Assembly (NCBI RefSeq): GCF_000737315.1
Contig: NZ_JMCB01000017.1
Span: forward strand, 124,001 to 188,000
DNA length: 64,000 bases
Direction of reading: 5' to 3'
Source: Hyalangium minutum
GTDB taxonomy: Bacteria; Myxococcota; Myxococcia; Myxococcales; Myxococcaceae
Shown here: positions 25,898 to 35,314 of the stretch, piece by piece
Numbering within the stretch: position 1 is the stretch's first letter
How the letters are laid out: the number at the start of each line of letters is the position of its first letter
Position numbers and translations under genes: made by a program
Notes under the pieces: model-generated
Seen by the model: only the letters and a program-made list of their open reading frames with translations
What the model was told of the DNA's origin: nothing
Database searches by the model: none

Positions 25898-27838
25898 TCA
25901 GGAGCTCCGCAGCGGCAGGGTGACGATGAACGTCGCCCCCTGCCCCAGCGCGCTCTCCACCCGCACCGTGCCCTGGTGCATCTCGACGATCTCCCGGACG
26001 ATGAACAGCCCGAGCCCCAGCCCACTCACCTCGTGGCTGTGCACGGCACGCTCGAACTTCTGGAAGATGCGCGCGTGGTCCTCCGGCGCGATGCCTCGGC
26101 CCTGGTCCCTCACCCGAAGCTCGACGTGGGCCTCGAGCTTCTGGACCGTGACCTCCACGGGCTTGCCCGCGCTATAGCGGGCCGCATTCGTCAGGAAGTT
26201 GGTGAGCACCTGCTCCAGCCGGTACCGATCCCACGCGCCCACCACGGGCTCCGTCACCCGCACCGAGACTTCACACCGGGCCTCGGTCATCTGCGGGCCC
26301 AGCTTCGCCGCCACCTCCGCCGCCAGCTCCACCAGATCGAACGTATCCGGCTCCAGCGAGAGCTTGCCCGCGGCGAGGCGCGAGATGTCCAGCATGTCAT
26401 CCACCAGCCGCGCCAGGCGCTGGGCCTGCCGGGACGTCTGCTCCAGCAGCCGCCCCACCCGCTCGGGCGGCAGGGCCTCCCCCCGCTCCATCCGGCGCTG
26501 GAGCAGCTGCGTCTGCAGCATCAGCGAGGTGAGCGGCGTCTTCAGCTCATGCGAGGCGAGCGAGAGGAACTCATCCCGCGAGCGCACGGCCGCCTCGAGC
26601 CCCTCCCGCGAGCGCCGCTCCTCTTCCTGGTGCTGGCGTAGGCGCTCGGCAGAGTTGGTCAGCGAGAGCCCCAGCCGCTCCATCTCCTCGATGGAGGAAC
26701 GCTCCACCCGGGGCTGCTCTCCGCTCGCCAGGGCCTCCGCGGCTCCGGCCATGGAGCGCAGCCCTCCAGCGAAGCGCCTCGCGAAGACGATGGCGCTCGT
26801 GAGGCTGATCAGCAGCACCAGCAGGCCCGAGGCCGCGATGACCCGGACCGAGCGCCGGAAGGGCTCATCGATGATTTCGTCCGGCACCACCACCGCCGAG
26901 AGCCACCCCGACAGCCCCGAGCGGCTGAAGGCCACATACGAGTGCTCGCCCTCCAGCGTGACGCTGCGGAAGACGCCCTCGATTCCCTCCCGGGTGTTCT
27001 GGATGAAGTTGCCGGTGGCGGGCTGGCCGATGAAGCGCTCGGGGTTGCGCGTGCGGTAGGCCACGAGGCCCTCGCGGTCCACGACGACGCGGGTGAACTC
27101 CAGCTCGCCTTCCGCCGGAGACTGCCTCCCCACGACGTCCACCAGGGCCTCGGGCGTGATGATGGCGGAGAGGACATACAGCACCTGATCGTCCCGGATG
27201 ACGGGCACCCGGATCGGAAAGCCCCAGTACTGGCCCGAGTTCCCCATCACGAGCCCGCCTACGACGGCCTGCCGGTCCTCCACCGTGCGGCGCAGGCTCT
27301 CGGGCTCGGTGGCGCGGGGCAGCGGAGCCCCCGACGGCCGCCTCAGGTTCATCAACTGCTGGCCCTCCGTCGTCAGCAGGATCACCGTGAGCCAGGACGG
27401 CTGGCTGCGCTGCACGCGCAGCGCCTCGGTGCGAAAGCCCTCGACATCCCCCTCATCCAGGTGCCCCGACTGCGCCAGCGCCTGGAGCGTCCGGATCGTC
27501 GCGGACACCTCGCGATCGAAGGCCCAGGTGATCTCATGGGCCGAGTTCTGCAGGCGGCGCTCGACGCCCTCCTGCATCTGGCGCGTGAGCCGCAGCACCA
27601 TGAGCCCGGAGAACGCCACCACCGGCAGCAAAGCCCCCGTGATCAGCACCACGAGGTGCCACCGCAGCGGCCAAGGGCGAAAGCCGCCCGGCCGAGCACC
27701 GGCTTCGCGCTGCCGCAGGTGAGGGTTCGAGGTGTCCAGGGAGAAACCAAGTATCTGGGAGCCCGGCAGGCTTTCGGGGCCCTTCGTAACACCGGCTGCT
27801 TGCGAAAGCTTGCCTCTCGCCCCGCCTCCGCAGCTCAC
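25898..27838 (-). CDS. Membrane sensor histidine kinase (Cache-type sensor); start uncertain, probably downstream of 27838
   Basis: Two TM helices; ASHELKTPL, NFLTNA, DQGRGI, GLGLGL. Confidence 0.88.
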   Translation of the reverse strand: MSCGGGARGKLSQAAGVTKGPESLPGSQILGFSLDTSNPHLRQREAGARPGGFRPWPLRWHLVVLITGALLPVVAFSGLMVLRLTRQMQEGVERRLQNSAHEITWAFDREVSATIRTLQALAQSGHLDEGDVEGFRTEALRVQRSQPSWLTVILLTTEGQQLMNLRRPSGAPLPRATEPESLRRTVEDRQAVVGGLVMGNSGQYWGFPIRVPVIRDDQVLYVLSAIITPEALVDVVGRQSPAEGELEFTRVVVDREGLVAYRTRNPERFIGQPATGNFIQNTREGIEGVFRSVTLEGEHSYVAFSRSGLSGWLSAVVVPDEIIDEPFRRSVRVIAASGLLVLLISLTSAIVFARRFAGGLRSMAGAAEALASGEQPRVERSSIEEMERLGLSLTNSAERLRQHQEEERRSREGLEAAVRSRDEFLSLASHELKTPLTSLMLQTQLLQRRMERGEALPPERVGRLLEQTSRQAQRLARLVDDMLDISRLAAGKLSLEPDTFDLVELAAEVAAKLGPQMTEARCEVSVRVTEPVVGAWDRYRLEQVLTNFLTNAARYSAGKPVEVTVQKLEAHVELRVRDQGRGIAPEDHARIFQKFERAVHSHEVSGLGLGLFIVREIVEMHQGTVRVESALGQGATFIVTLPLRSS

Positions 27839-27876
27839 ACCCCCACCAAAATATCACCGCAGACCAGGAACCCAGG

Positions 27877-29979
27877 TCAGCGCGAGGAGAGGGGCAACGT
27901 GAAATGGAACGTGGCGCCTTGGCCCGGGACGCCCTCGGCCCACACCCGGCCCCCATGGCGATGGACGACGCGGCGCACGTTCGCCAGCCCAATGCCTGTG
28001 CCCTCGAACTCCTCGACGGAGTGAAGCCGCTGGAACACACCGAAGAGCTTACCGACGAACTCCATCTCGAAGCCCACCCCGTTGTCGCGCACGACGACCT
28101 CGGTCTCCTCCGGAAGCGCGTGGGCGAAGATTTCAATGACGGCCTCGGGCTTCGTCCGGGTGTACTTGATGGCGTTGGACAACAGGTTCCGGAAGACGAG
28201 CCGCAGCAGCGCCGCGTCCCCGTGGACCGCCGGCAGGGCCTCCACCTTCCACGTCACCCGGCGGCCTTCGACATCGGGCAAGAGCTCGCGCCGCACCTCT
28301 TCCACCAGCGAGCCCAAGGAGACAGACGCCAGGCGCATCTCGGCGCGAGACATGCGGCTGAAGTCGAGCAGGTCGTCCACGAGCTGCCCTCCTCGCTGAG
28401 CCGCCTCCGCGATCGTCTTCAAGAACTCTTGGGACTTGGCGTCGAGAACGGACCGGGCGCGCTTGTCCAGGAGCTGGACGAAGCCGGTGATGTGACGCAG
28501 CGGGGCACGCAGGTCGTGCGACACCGAGTAGCTGAAGGCCTCCAACTCCCGGTTGGCCTCTTCCAGTTCCCGGGTCCGCTCCGCCACCCGCCGCTCGAGG
28601 GTGGCGTTGAGCTCACGGATGCGGGCCTCCGCCGCCTTCCGCTCGGTGATGTCGAAGAAGGAACTCACCACGCCTCCCGGTGAGCCATCCTCTCGCCCTG
28701 GCAGAGGCAGGGCGTTGATGGCCAACCACACGAGGCTGCCGTCGGACCGGCGGACCCCGAGCACCTTGCCCAGCTGCGGCTGGCCGGTCCTCAGGGCCAC
28801 CATGGGCGGATGCTCTTCTCCTGGGAAGGGGCTGCCGTCCTCACGAATGGCGTGCCAGCGTGAATCCTCCGAGGTGCGGCCACTCAGCTGATCCGCGGTG
28901 AGGCCCAAGAGCCGCTCCGCAGCGGTGTTCGAGAAGCGGATCGTCCCATCCGCGTCCTGCAAGCTGATTCCCTCGGCGAGCGACGCGAAGGTGGTGCGCA
29001 GCAGGGCTTCGCTCTCCCGCAGGGCCTGCTGAGCGCGCTGCTGCTCGATGACGGCCGCCAGTTCCCGGGCCACGGCCTCGAAGAACGCCTGGTACTTCTC
29101 ATCGAAGTGCAGGCGCGGGCTGATGCCGAGCACGAGCACGCCCCCGGCCGCGTGGGCGGGAGAGCGCCGCAACGGCAGAATCATGGCCGAGCGCGTGGGC
29201 TCCGGCCACGGGCCCGTGTGGCTGCGGCCCAGCAGCGCTTCGAAGTCCTCCACCTTCGAGGCCTCGCCCGACGCGAACACTTGCTCCCCCGCCGTCCGCA
29301 GCGGCTCGGGAATCATTTCCAAGCCGTGGTGCACCGCGAGGTCCAGCGTGTGCACGGCGTCGTTCCACAGGTACAGCACGGCGAAGGGCAAATCCTGCGC
29401 GTTCCCGCGGAAAGCGGCGGCGGTCTCCTGCATCACCTCGGCGTGGGTCGTGGCCCGGGGCGCGATGGCGCGCAGCGTGGCGAGCCTCCGCTCCGCGATC
29501 ACCTCCTCCGTCACTTCATTCACCGGCTGCAGGAAGCCGTTGATCCGGCCGTCGTCATCCCGGAGCGGAACGAAGGAGAAGGTGAAGTAGGCCTCCTCCG
29601 TGAAACCGTGGCGCGTCACGGGGATGAGCGTCTTGTCCACCTGGATGACCTCGCCCTCGTCCAGCACCCGCCGCATCCACGGGTAGATGGTGGGGTAAGT
29701 GTCCGGCCAGCACTCGCGGTAGGAGGCCCCCAGGTAGCGAGGATGCCGGGGCCCCATGATGATGGCGTAGCCCGCGTTGTAGATCTGCGTCTGCTCGGGC
29801 CCCCAGAAGATGATGGCGGGCGTGGGCATCCGCAGGATCATGTCGGTGTAGCCTTGGAGCCGCAGGGGCCAGGTCTCGGGCGGGCCGAGTCCTGAGGAAG
29901 ACCAGTCGTGCTGGCGGATGCGCTCGCCCATCTCCCCGCAGCCTTCGAGAAACCTCGGAGCCTTTGTGCCCACCGTCAT
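27877..29979 (-). CDS. Cytoplasmic PAS/GAF sensor histidine kinase
   Basis: SHDLRAPL, NLLSNAIKY, DNGVG, FQRLH, GTGIGL; PAS domains. Confidence 0.92.
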   Translation of the reverse strand: MTVGTKAPRFLEGCGEMGERIRQHDWSSSGLGPPETWPLRLQGYTDMILRMPTPAIIFWGPEQTQIYNAGYAIIMGPRHPRYLGASYRECWPDTYPTIYPWMRRVLDEGEVIQVDKTLIPVTRHGFTEEAYFTFSFVPLRDDDGRINGFLQPVNEVTEEVIAERRLATLRAIAPRATTHAEVMQETAAAFRGNAQDLPFAVLYLWNDAVHTLDLAVHHGLEMIPEPLRTAGEQVFASGEASKVEDFEALLGRSHTGPWPEPTRSAMILPLRRSPAHAAGGVLVLGISPRLHFDEKYQAFFEAVARELAAVIEQQRAQQALRESEALLRTTFASLAEGISLQDADGTIRFSNTAAERLLGLTADQLSGRTSEDSRWHAIREDGSPFPGEEHPPMVALRTGQPQLGKVLGVRRSDGSLVWLAINALPLPGREDGSPGGVVSSFFDITERKAAEARIRELNATLERRVAERTRELEEANRELEAFSYSVSHDLRAPLRHITGFVQLLDKRARSVLDAKSQEFLKTIAEAAQRGGQLVDDLLDFSRMSRAEMRLASVSLGSLVEEVRRELLPDVEGRRVTWKVEALPAVHGDAALLRLVFRNLLSNAIKYTRTKPEAVIEIFAHALPEETEVVVRDNGVGFEMEFVGKLFGVFQRLHSVEEFEGTGIGLANVRRVVHRHGGRVWAEGVPGQGATFHFTLPLSSR

Positions 29980-30131
29980 GTTTGATGTGTAACTGGAGCA
30001 GCCCCCTTCTTGAAATCCCGGGAAACGGGCCCTCCGCCTATCGAAGACTTCTCAACGCTCTGCTGCCTGCTCCCCAGGCACCGATACGAGCGCGGAGAAG
30101 TGAAAGATTCCAACCTGACCCAACTGCGACC

Positions 30132-31100
30132 ATGAGCGCCACGAAGAAGAAGCCGACCCCGACCCCGTTCGAGCCCGAGCTCGCCCAAATCCTTCCGGCA
30201 TTCGCCGGATTCACCCCGCTCCAGATGACCGCCGATCAGATCGAAAGATATCGGGCGATGCCCATCCCTTCGATCGCCGAGCAGATCGGCGACCGGCCGG
30301 TCCAGTGCGTCGACTTCACCATCCCCGGCTACCAAGGGGCCGACATCGCCGTCTCGGTGATCTCGCGGAAAGACCATGCCAAGCCGGGCCCCGGCATCTA
30401 TCACGTCCACGGCGGCGGGATGGTCATGGCCAACCGGTTCGCAGGTGCCTCTGATCTGGTGGCGTGGGCGATGAAGTTCGACGCGGTGTGCGTCACGGTC
30501 GAATACCGGCGAGCCCCTGAGCACCCCGATCCCATCCCCGTCGAGGACTGCTACGCGGGACTCGCGTGGATGGCCGCACACGCCGAGGAGCTGCGGATCC
30601 AACCGGAGCGGATCATCATCTTCGGTGGAAGCGCCGGGGGCGGCCTGTCCGCGGGCACGACCCTGTTGGCGCGCGACCGCCAGGGGCCGAAGCTGTTCGG
30701 CCAGCTCCTCCAATGCCCGATGATCGATGATCGGAACGAGACCGTCTCGTCGCACCAGTTCCAGGGGATTGGTATCTGGGACCGCCTCAGCAACCTGACC
30801 GGCTGGACGGCCTTGCTCGGGGACCGGCGCGGAACGGGCGACGTGTCCATCTATGCAGCTCCCGCGCGTGCGACCGATCTAAGCGGCCTGCCGCCCACGT
30901 TCATCGACGTGGGGGCGGCGGAAGTCTTCCGCGACGAGGCCGTGGCCTACGCGAGCGCGATCTGGGCTGCAGGCGGAGACGCGGAACTGCACGTGTGGGG
31001 CGGCGCGTTCCACGGCTTCAGCCAGATAGCGCCAGGTGCTGCCATCTCCCAAGCAGCGAACGCGGCTCGGGAGGCCTGGCTCGAACGGCTCCTCAGATGA
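30132..31100 (+). CDS. HSL-family alpha/beta hydrolase (esterase)
   Basis: HGGG, GGSAGG nucleophile elbow, EVFRDE, GAFHGF. Confidence 0.9.
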   Translation: MSATKKKPTPTPFEPELAQILPAFAGFTPLQMTADQIERYRAMPIPSIAEQIGDRPVQCVDFTIPGYQGADIAVSVISRKDHAKPGPGIYHVHGGGMVMANRFAGASDLVAWAMKFDAVCVTVEYRRAPEHPDPIPVEDCYAGLAWMAAHAEELRIQPERIIIFGGSAGGGLSAGTTLLARDRQGPKLFGQLLQCPMIDDRNETVSSHQFQGIGIWDRLSNLTGWTALLGDRRGTGDVSIYAAPARATDLSGLPPTFIDVGAAEVFRDEAVAYASAIWAAGGDAELHVWGGAFHGFSQIAPGAAISQAANAAREAWLERLLR

Positions 31101-31638
31101 GCGTCTTGCCCTCCAGCAGGTCTTTGCCCACCCGGTTGCCGCGATAGTGGATGGGGTCCAGCAACACTTTGCGGATCTTCCATCCATCCGGAGTTCTCTC
31201 CACGGAGAAGGTGTAGCGGGCGACGATGGTCCACTCGTGCTGGTCGCCTCCGGCGTGGAAGTAGTGAGCGACTTCCGCATAGGCCATGACTTCGGCGTGG
31301 GAGTCGCTCTGGAAGCGGAGGCCCACGCAGTTGGCGGTGGCATGTTGGACCCGATGGAAGGCCTTCAAGGCCCCCTTGGCCACGTCGGGCATCTGCTCCC
31401 GCTTGAGGGTGAGCGGGTCGAAGCCCAGGCGGGTGTAGTCCGCGGTGACTTCGTCGGTGAAGACGTTCGCCCAGCGGCTCCAGTCGCCGGTGTCTCGGCC
31501 GTGGTCGATGGCCTGGCCGTACTCCACGGCCAGATCCTGGATGGACGTCCAATCCAGCAGGTACTGAAGGTTCTTCTCTCTCATGGGCATGGGCCTCGGG
31601 GGGTAACGGTGCCGGGTTGTAGCCGCGTCCTGCGTCAC
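31093..31638 (-). CDS. NTF2/SnoaL-like protein
   Basis: YGQAIDH.RD…W…FTDEV.ADY…GWKI pattern. Confidence 0.8.
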   Translation of the reverse strand: MTQDAATTRHRYPPRPMPMREKNLQYLLDWTSIQDLAVEYGQAIDHGRDTGDWSRWANVFTDEVTADYTRLGFDPLTLKREQMPDVAKGALKAFHRVQHATANCVGLRFQSDSHAEVMAYAEVAHYFHAGGDQHEWTIVARYTFSVERTPDGWKIRKVLLDPIHYRGNRVGKDLLEGKTLI

Positions 31639-31724
31639 ATCGCCACATTTCCACTGGGATGGGGTATGGCTCGGGGAGCCGGCAGCGAGGCCACGTCGAC
31701 TGCCCTCTCCCGGGAGAACGGTCC

Positions 31725-32900
31725 GTGACGCCCGCAGCGCTCGCCTCCATCCAGAAGCAGCTCTTGCACTTGCGGCACGTGGGGGACGGCGGACTGTCCT
31801 TGATGGCGGACCTGGTCGAGTTGGTGCGCGCCCACGATCTGCCCCTGTGGCGGTGCCGCTTCAACCTGATGACCAAGCACCCAGAGCTCGTGTGGCACAC
31901 CGTGCAGTGGAGCGAGGAGGAAGGCGTCAAGTTCATCGATCGCAGCCGCCTGACCCTGGACGCGCCGACCTTCACGCGCAGCCCCGTGCCGCTGTTGCGC
32001 AACGGCTCGCCGCCGATTCGCGTGCGCCTGACAGGCGATGACCTGCCATTTCCCGTGTGCCAGGAGCTCCAAGCCCAGGGAGGAACGGACTACTTCATCC
32101 AGGGCCTCCGGTACTCGACGGGCGACATCGGCTACATCTCCTGGGCCACGCGCGCGCCGGAGGGGTTCTCGGACGAAGCCCTGGCGGCCTTGACGGATCT
32201 GGGGCCCCATCTCACGCAGCGCATCGAGCTCGTCTCGGCCTACCATGCCACGCAGGCGCTCCTGGAGGTGTACTTGGGCCGCAATGCCGGCCAGCGGGTG
32301 GCTCAGGGCAGCTTCCAGCGCGGCAGCGGCGAGCTGATCGACGCGGCGATCTGGTTCTGCGATCTGCGCGACTTCACCTCGCTCTCCGAGCAGAGCACGC
32401 CGCAGGCCATGGTGAAGACCCTGGACGAGTACTTCGACCATGTGGCCGGTGCGGTGATGGCGCGCGGAGGCGAAGTCCTCAAGTTCATCGGTGACGCCAT
32501 CCTGGCCATCTTCCCTCTGGCCGGGGACGCGCCGCGCGCATGCCAGAGTGCCTTGCTGGCCGCGAAGGAGGCCCTGACTGCGTTGCAGGGCTTGAACGCG
32601 GAGCGCCGCTCCCGGGGAGAAGTGCCCCTCTCCATCGGCGTGGCTCTGCACGTGGGGCAGGTGATGTACGGCAACATTGGCGCACGGGGCCGCTTGGACT
32701 TCACCGTCATCTCTTCCGCCGTGAACGAAGCGTGCCGCCTGGAGTCGCTGTGCAAGCCGCTCCAGGTCCCGCTGACGATGAGCGAAGCCTTCGTGCAGCT
32801 GACCCGGCCGGAAGCGGCGGTGGAGTTGGGTCAACACGCACTCAAAGGGGTCCGGGTTCCCATCCGGGTGTTCACCTTGATGGGTTACCTCTTACGGTAG
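31725..32900 (+). CDS. Class III adenylate/guanylate cyclase with N-terminal GAF-like domain
   Basis: DLRDFT, KFIGDA, GNIG, DFTVI…VNEACRLE; start uncertain (GTG 31725). Confidence 0.88.
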   Translation: MTPAALASIQKQLLHLRHVGDGGLSLMADLVELVRAHDLPLWRCRFNLMTKHPELVWHTVQWSEEEGVKFIDRSRLTLDAPTFTRSPVPLLRNGSPPIRVRLTGDDLPFPVCQELQAQGGTDYFIQGLRYSTGDIGYISWATRAPEGFSDEALAALTDLGPHLTQRIELVSAYHATQALLEVYLGRNAGQRVAQGSFQRGSGELIDAAIWFCDLRDFTSLSEQSTPQAMVKTLDEYFDHVAGAVMARGGEVLKFIGDAILAIFPLAGDAPRACQSALLAAKEALTALQGLNAERRSRGEVPLSIGVALHVGQVMYGNIGARGRLDFTVISSAVNEACRLESLCKPLQVPLTMSEAFVQLTRPEAAVELGQHALKGVRVPIRVFTLMGYLLR

Positions 32901-32976
32901 GCGGCCGTCGGGGCATTCTCCGAGGTGGAAAGAGTGTCGTCCGTGACTTCGCCCCACAGTACTCTCGGGCACCCTC

Positions 32977-35310
32977 ATGATAATAATCTCGACGCCGGAC
33001 GCGCCGAAGCTGAAGGAACTCTACGAGCGAAAGTTCATCCCTGCTCGGGAGCAACGCTGGCCTCAGTGGCTCAAGGACTATGTCGCCTATGTAGAGCGCG
33101 TTCAGTCCGCAACCGAAGTCGAGTGGGTGGCTCCCCAGTTCCAGAAATTCCTCTGGACTGACAATGGTGTCTCCACTGCGGGCATGGGCGCCATGGTGCA
33201 GGTCGACTCGGCCTACACGGACACAGCGCTGGCCAAGGTCCTATTCCGTATGCGGCAGGAGAAACTGCCCGAAGACACCCTCGAGCGCGCCAAGGTGTTG
33301 CAGTCCATGTTCGAAGAGATCATGGGAATGGTGACGCCCAAGCACAATGAGCGGAGACCAGGAGCTCGGTTGATCCGGATCTTTGCCGGTCTGTTCCCTC
33401 GAAACGTACTCTGCCTCCTCGACCAGCACCGCACGCACGTTGTCCGGCGCTATCTTGGGATGAAGAAGGGCGGGATGGGCACCATTGCCCAGCAGGTGGT
33501 GATCCGGCAGAGGCTGCAAGACTCTCTCGGAGAACCTTCGAGCCTCCGTGGGCACGTTGAACAGAGCATGTTCTCCTGGCTTCTCTACGAGCTGGCCGAG
33601 GAAGAGAACATCTCTGAACTCGAGGAGGCCCCTGTCCCGGGTGACCCATCCAAATCCGGAACGGACGCGCCACGCCTGAAGCTGCTCCCCTTCGAGGAGC
33701 AACGGAAGGGGCTCTTCTACATCCCTCGGGCCATCAACACGGTGATGCGGCTGGTGCGCTCCACCGAGACGGGCACTACCCGGGAAGAAATGCTGGAAGC
33801 CATTCGCGACCTCTTTCCGGGGCTGAAGAACTCTTCCCTGGAAATGTACCTCTCCGTGCTGCGGACAAACCTGGGGGTGATCGAATTCCGGGACAATGCA
33901 TTCCGGCCTAGTGCACGAGGGCAGCAACTCCTTGATGGTGAGGAGCCCAGCGAAGTGCTGGCCCCCATCCTCGTCGGTCAGATCTTCGGCTTTGCTCAGG
34001 TCCTCTGGATCCTGAAGGACAAGCCAGGCGGACTGGTGCGTTCGGAAATCGTTGAGCGGCTCCTCACCTGGTATCCGCGATGGACGACCCCGCGGGTGCC
34101 GAACGACGTGCTCACCTGGTCCAAAGAGATCGGGTTGGTGGAGGAGATCGGGGGTGCTGACAAGCGCGTCATCCTGACAGAGCCAGGCTCCTACTGGGCA
34201 AGTGGTCTCCCTGCGGACCTTGAAACGAAGTGGGGTCCCACCTCCATCATCGATGATCCCTCTCCTGCTGAAGGCACGGTGATCATACCGGGTCCCACCC
34301 TCGGGGCGGGGCTTCGCCCCGCGCCCTTTGAAAAGATCCGCGAGCGCTTCCAGAACGATAAGGAGCTGAAGGGACTGGTCTATCCCACCAGCTTCGTCCA
34401 TCTCTTCGATGCGGCGCTCCGCGCGTTGGACGGCAAACGGTTCGTGCTGCTGGCAGGGCTCTCCGGAACCGGGAAGACTTCTCTGGCGCGAGCGTACGCT
34501 CGTGCGTACTGCGAAGCCCTCGAACTCAACCCGGCCGACCACTACTGCGAGGTTTCCGTCCGGCCGGACTGGACTGACCCCACGGGCTTACTCGGCTATT
34601 ACAACCCGATCTCGGCCAAGCCGCGCTTCGAGGAGACGGAGGCACTTGAGTTGGTGCTGAGGGCCTCCCAGAACCCGACGCTGCCCTACTTTCTCTGCCT
34701 GGACGAGATGAACTTGGCGCGGGTCGAGCATTACTTCGCCCCCTTCCTTACCGCGATGGAAGGCAAGGGCGAGCTCCAGATCCACAACGAGCGCGACCGG
34801 ATTGATGGCGTCGAACCCCGCGTGCCATGGCCCCGCAACCTCTTCATCATCGGGACGGTCAACATGGATGAGACCACCCACGCCTTCTCCGACAAGGTGC
34901 TGGATCGTGCGTTCTCATTCGAACTGTGGGACGTGGACCTCGCGGCGTGGCAGGCTCGGGCCCTAGAGGCAGGCACTTCGGCGGACATGTTGCAACGAGT
35001 AATGCCCGTGCTGGAGAAGCTGCAGAAGGCGCTCGTCCCTGCGCGGCGACACTTCGGCTATCGCACCTGCCAGGAGGTGGTTGCTTTCTGTAGCGCGGTC
35101 AGCTCCCTTCCTCTGCAAGAGGCACTGGATGCCGCAGTGTTGGCCAAGGTGCTCCCCAAGCTGCGGGGTGATGACAGCGGCCCGCTGCCTCAGGCGCTCG
35201 CTGAAGTGCTTCGGATCTGCCAGGGCGAGAAGCTCCAGAACTCGGCCCAGAAGGTCGAGCAGATGAGGCGGTCCCTTGAGAGCCTGGGCGTAGCCCGCTT
35301 CTGGATGTGA
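32977..35310 (+). CDS. McrB-like AAA+ subunit of a modification-dependent restriction system
   Basis: GLSGTGKT, VRPDWTD, LDEMNLAR, GTVNMDETT, DRAF. Confidence 0.9.
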   Translation: MIIISTPDAPKLKELYERKFIPAREQRWPQWLKDYVAYVERVQSATEVEWVAPQFQKFLWTDNGVSTAGMGAMVQVDSAYTDTALAKVLFRMRQEKLPEDTLERAKVLQSMFEEIMGMVTPKHNERRPGARLIRIFAGLFPRNVLCLLDQHRTHVVRRYLGMKKGGMGTIAQQVVIRQRLQDSLGEPSSLRGHVEQSMFSWLLYELAEEENISELEEAPVPGDPSKSGTDAPRLKLLPFEEQRKGLFYIPRAINTVMRLVRSTETGTTREEMLEAIRDLFPGLKNSSLEMYLSVLRTNLGVIEFRDNAFRPSARGQQLLDGEEPSEVLAPILVGQIFGFAQVLWILKDKPGGLVRSEIVERLLTWYPRWTTPRVPNDVLTWSKEIGLVEEIGGADKRVILTEPGSYWASGLPADLETKWGPTSIIDDPSPAEGTVIIPGPTLGAGLRPAPFEKIRERFQNDKELKGLVYPTSFVHLFDAALRALDGKRFVLLAGLSGTGKTSLARAYARAYCEALELNPADHYCEVSVRPDWTDPTGLLGYYNPISAKPRFEETEALELVLRASQNPTLPYFLCLDEMNLARVEHYFAPFLTAMEGKGELQIHNERDRIDGVEPRVPWPRNLFIIGTVNMDETTHAFSDKVLDRAFSFELWDVDLAAWQARALEAGTSADMLQRVMPVLEKLQKALVPARRHFGYRTCQEVVAFCSAVSSLPLQEALDAAVLAKVLPKLRGDDSGPLPQALAEVLRICQGEKLQNSAQKVEQMRRSLESLGVARFWM

Positions 35311-35314
35311 GCAC

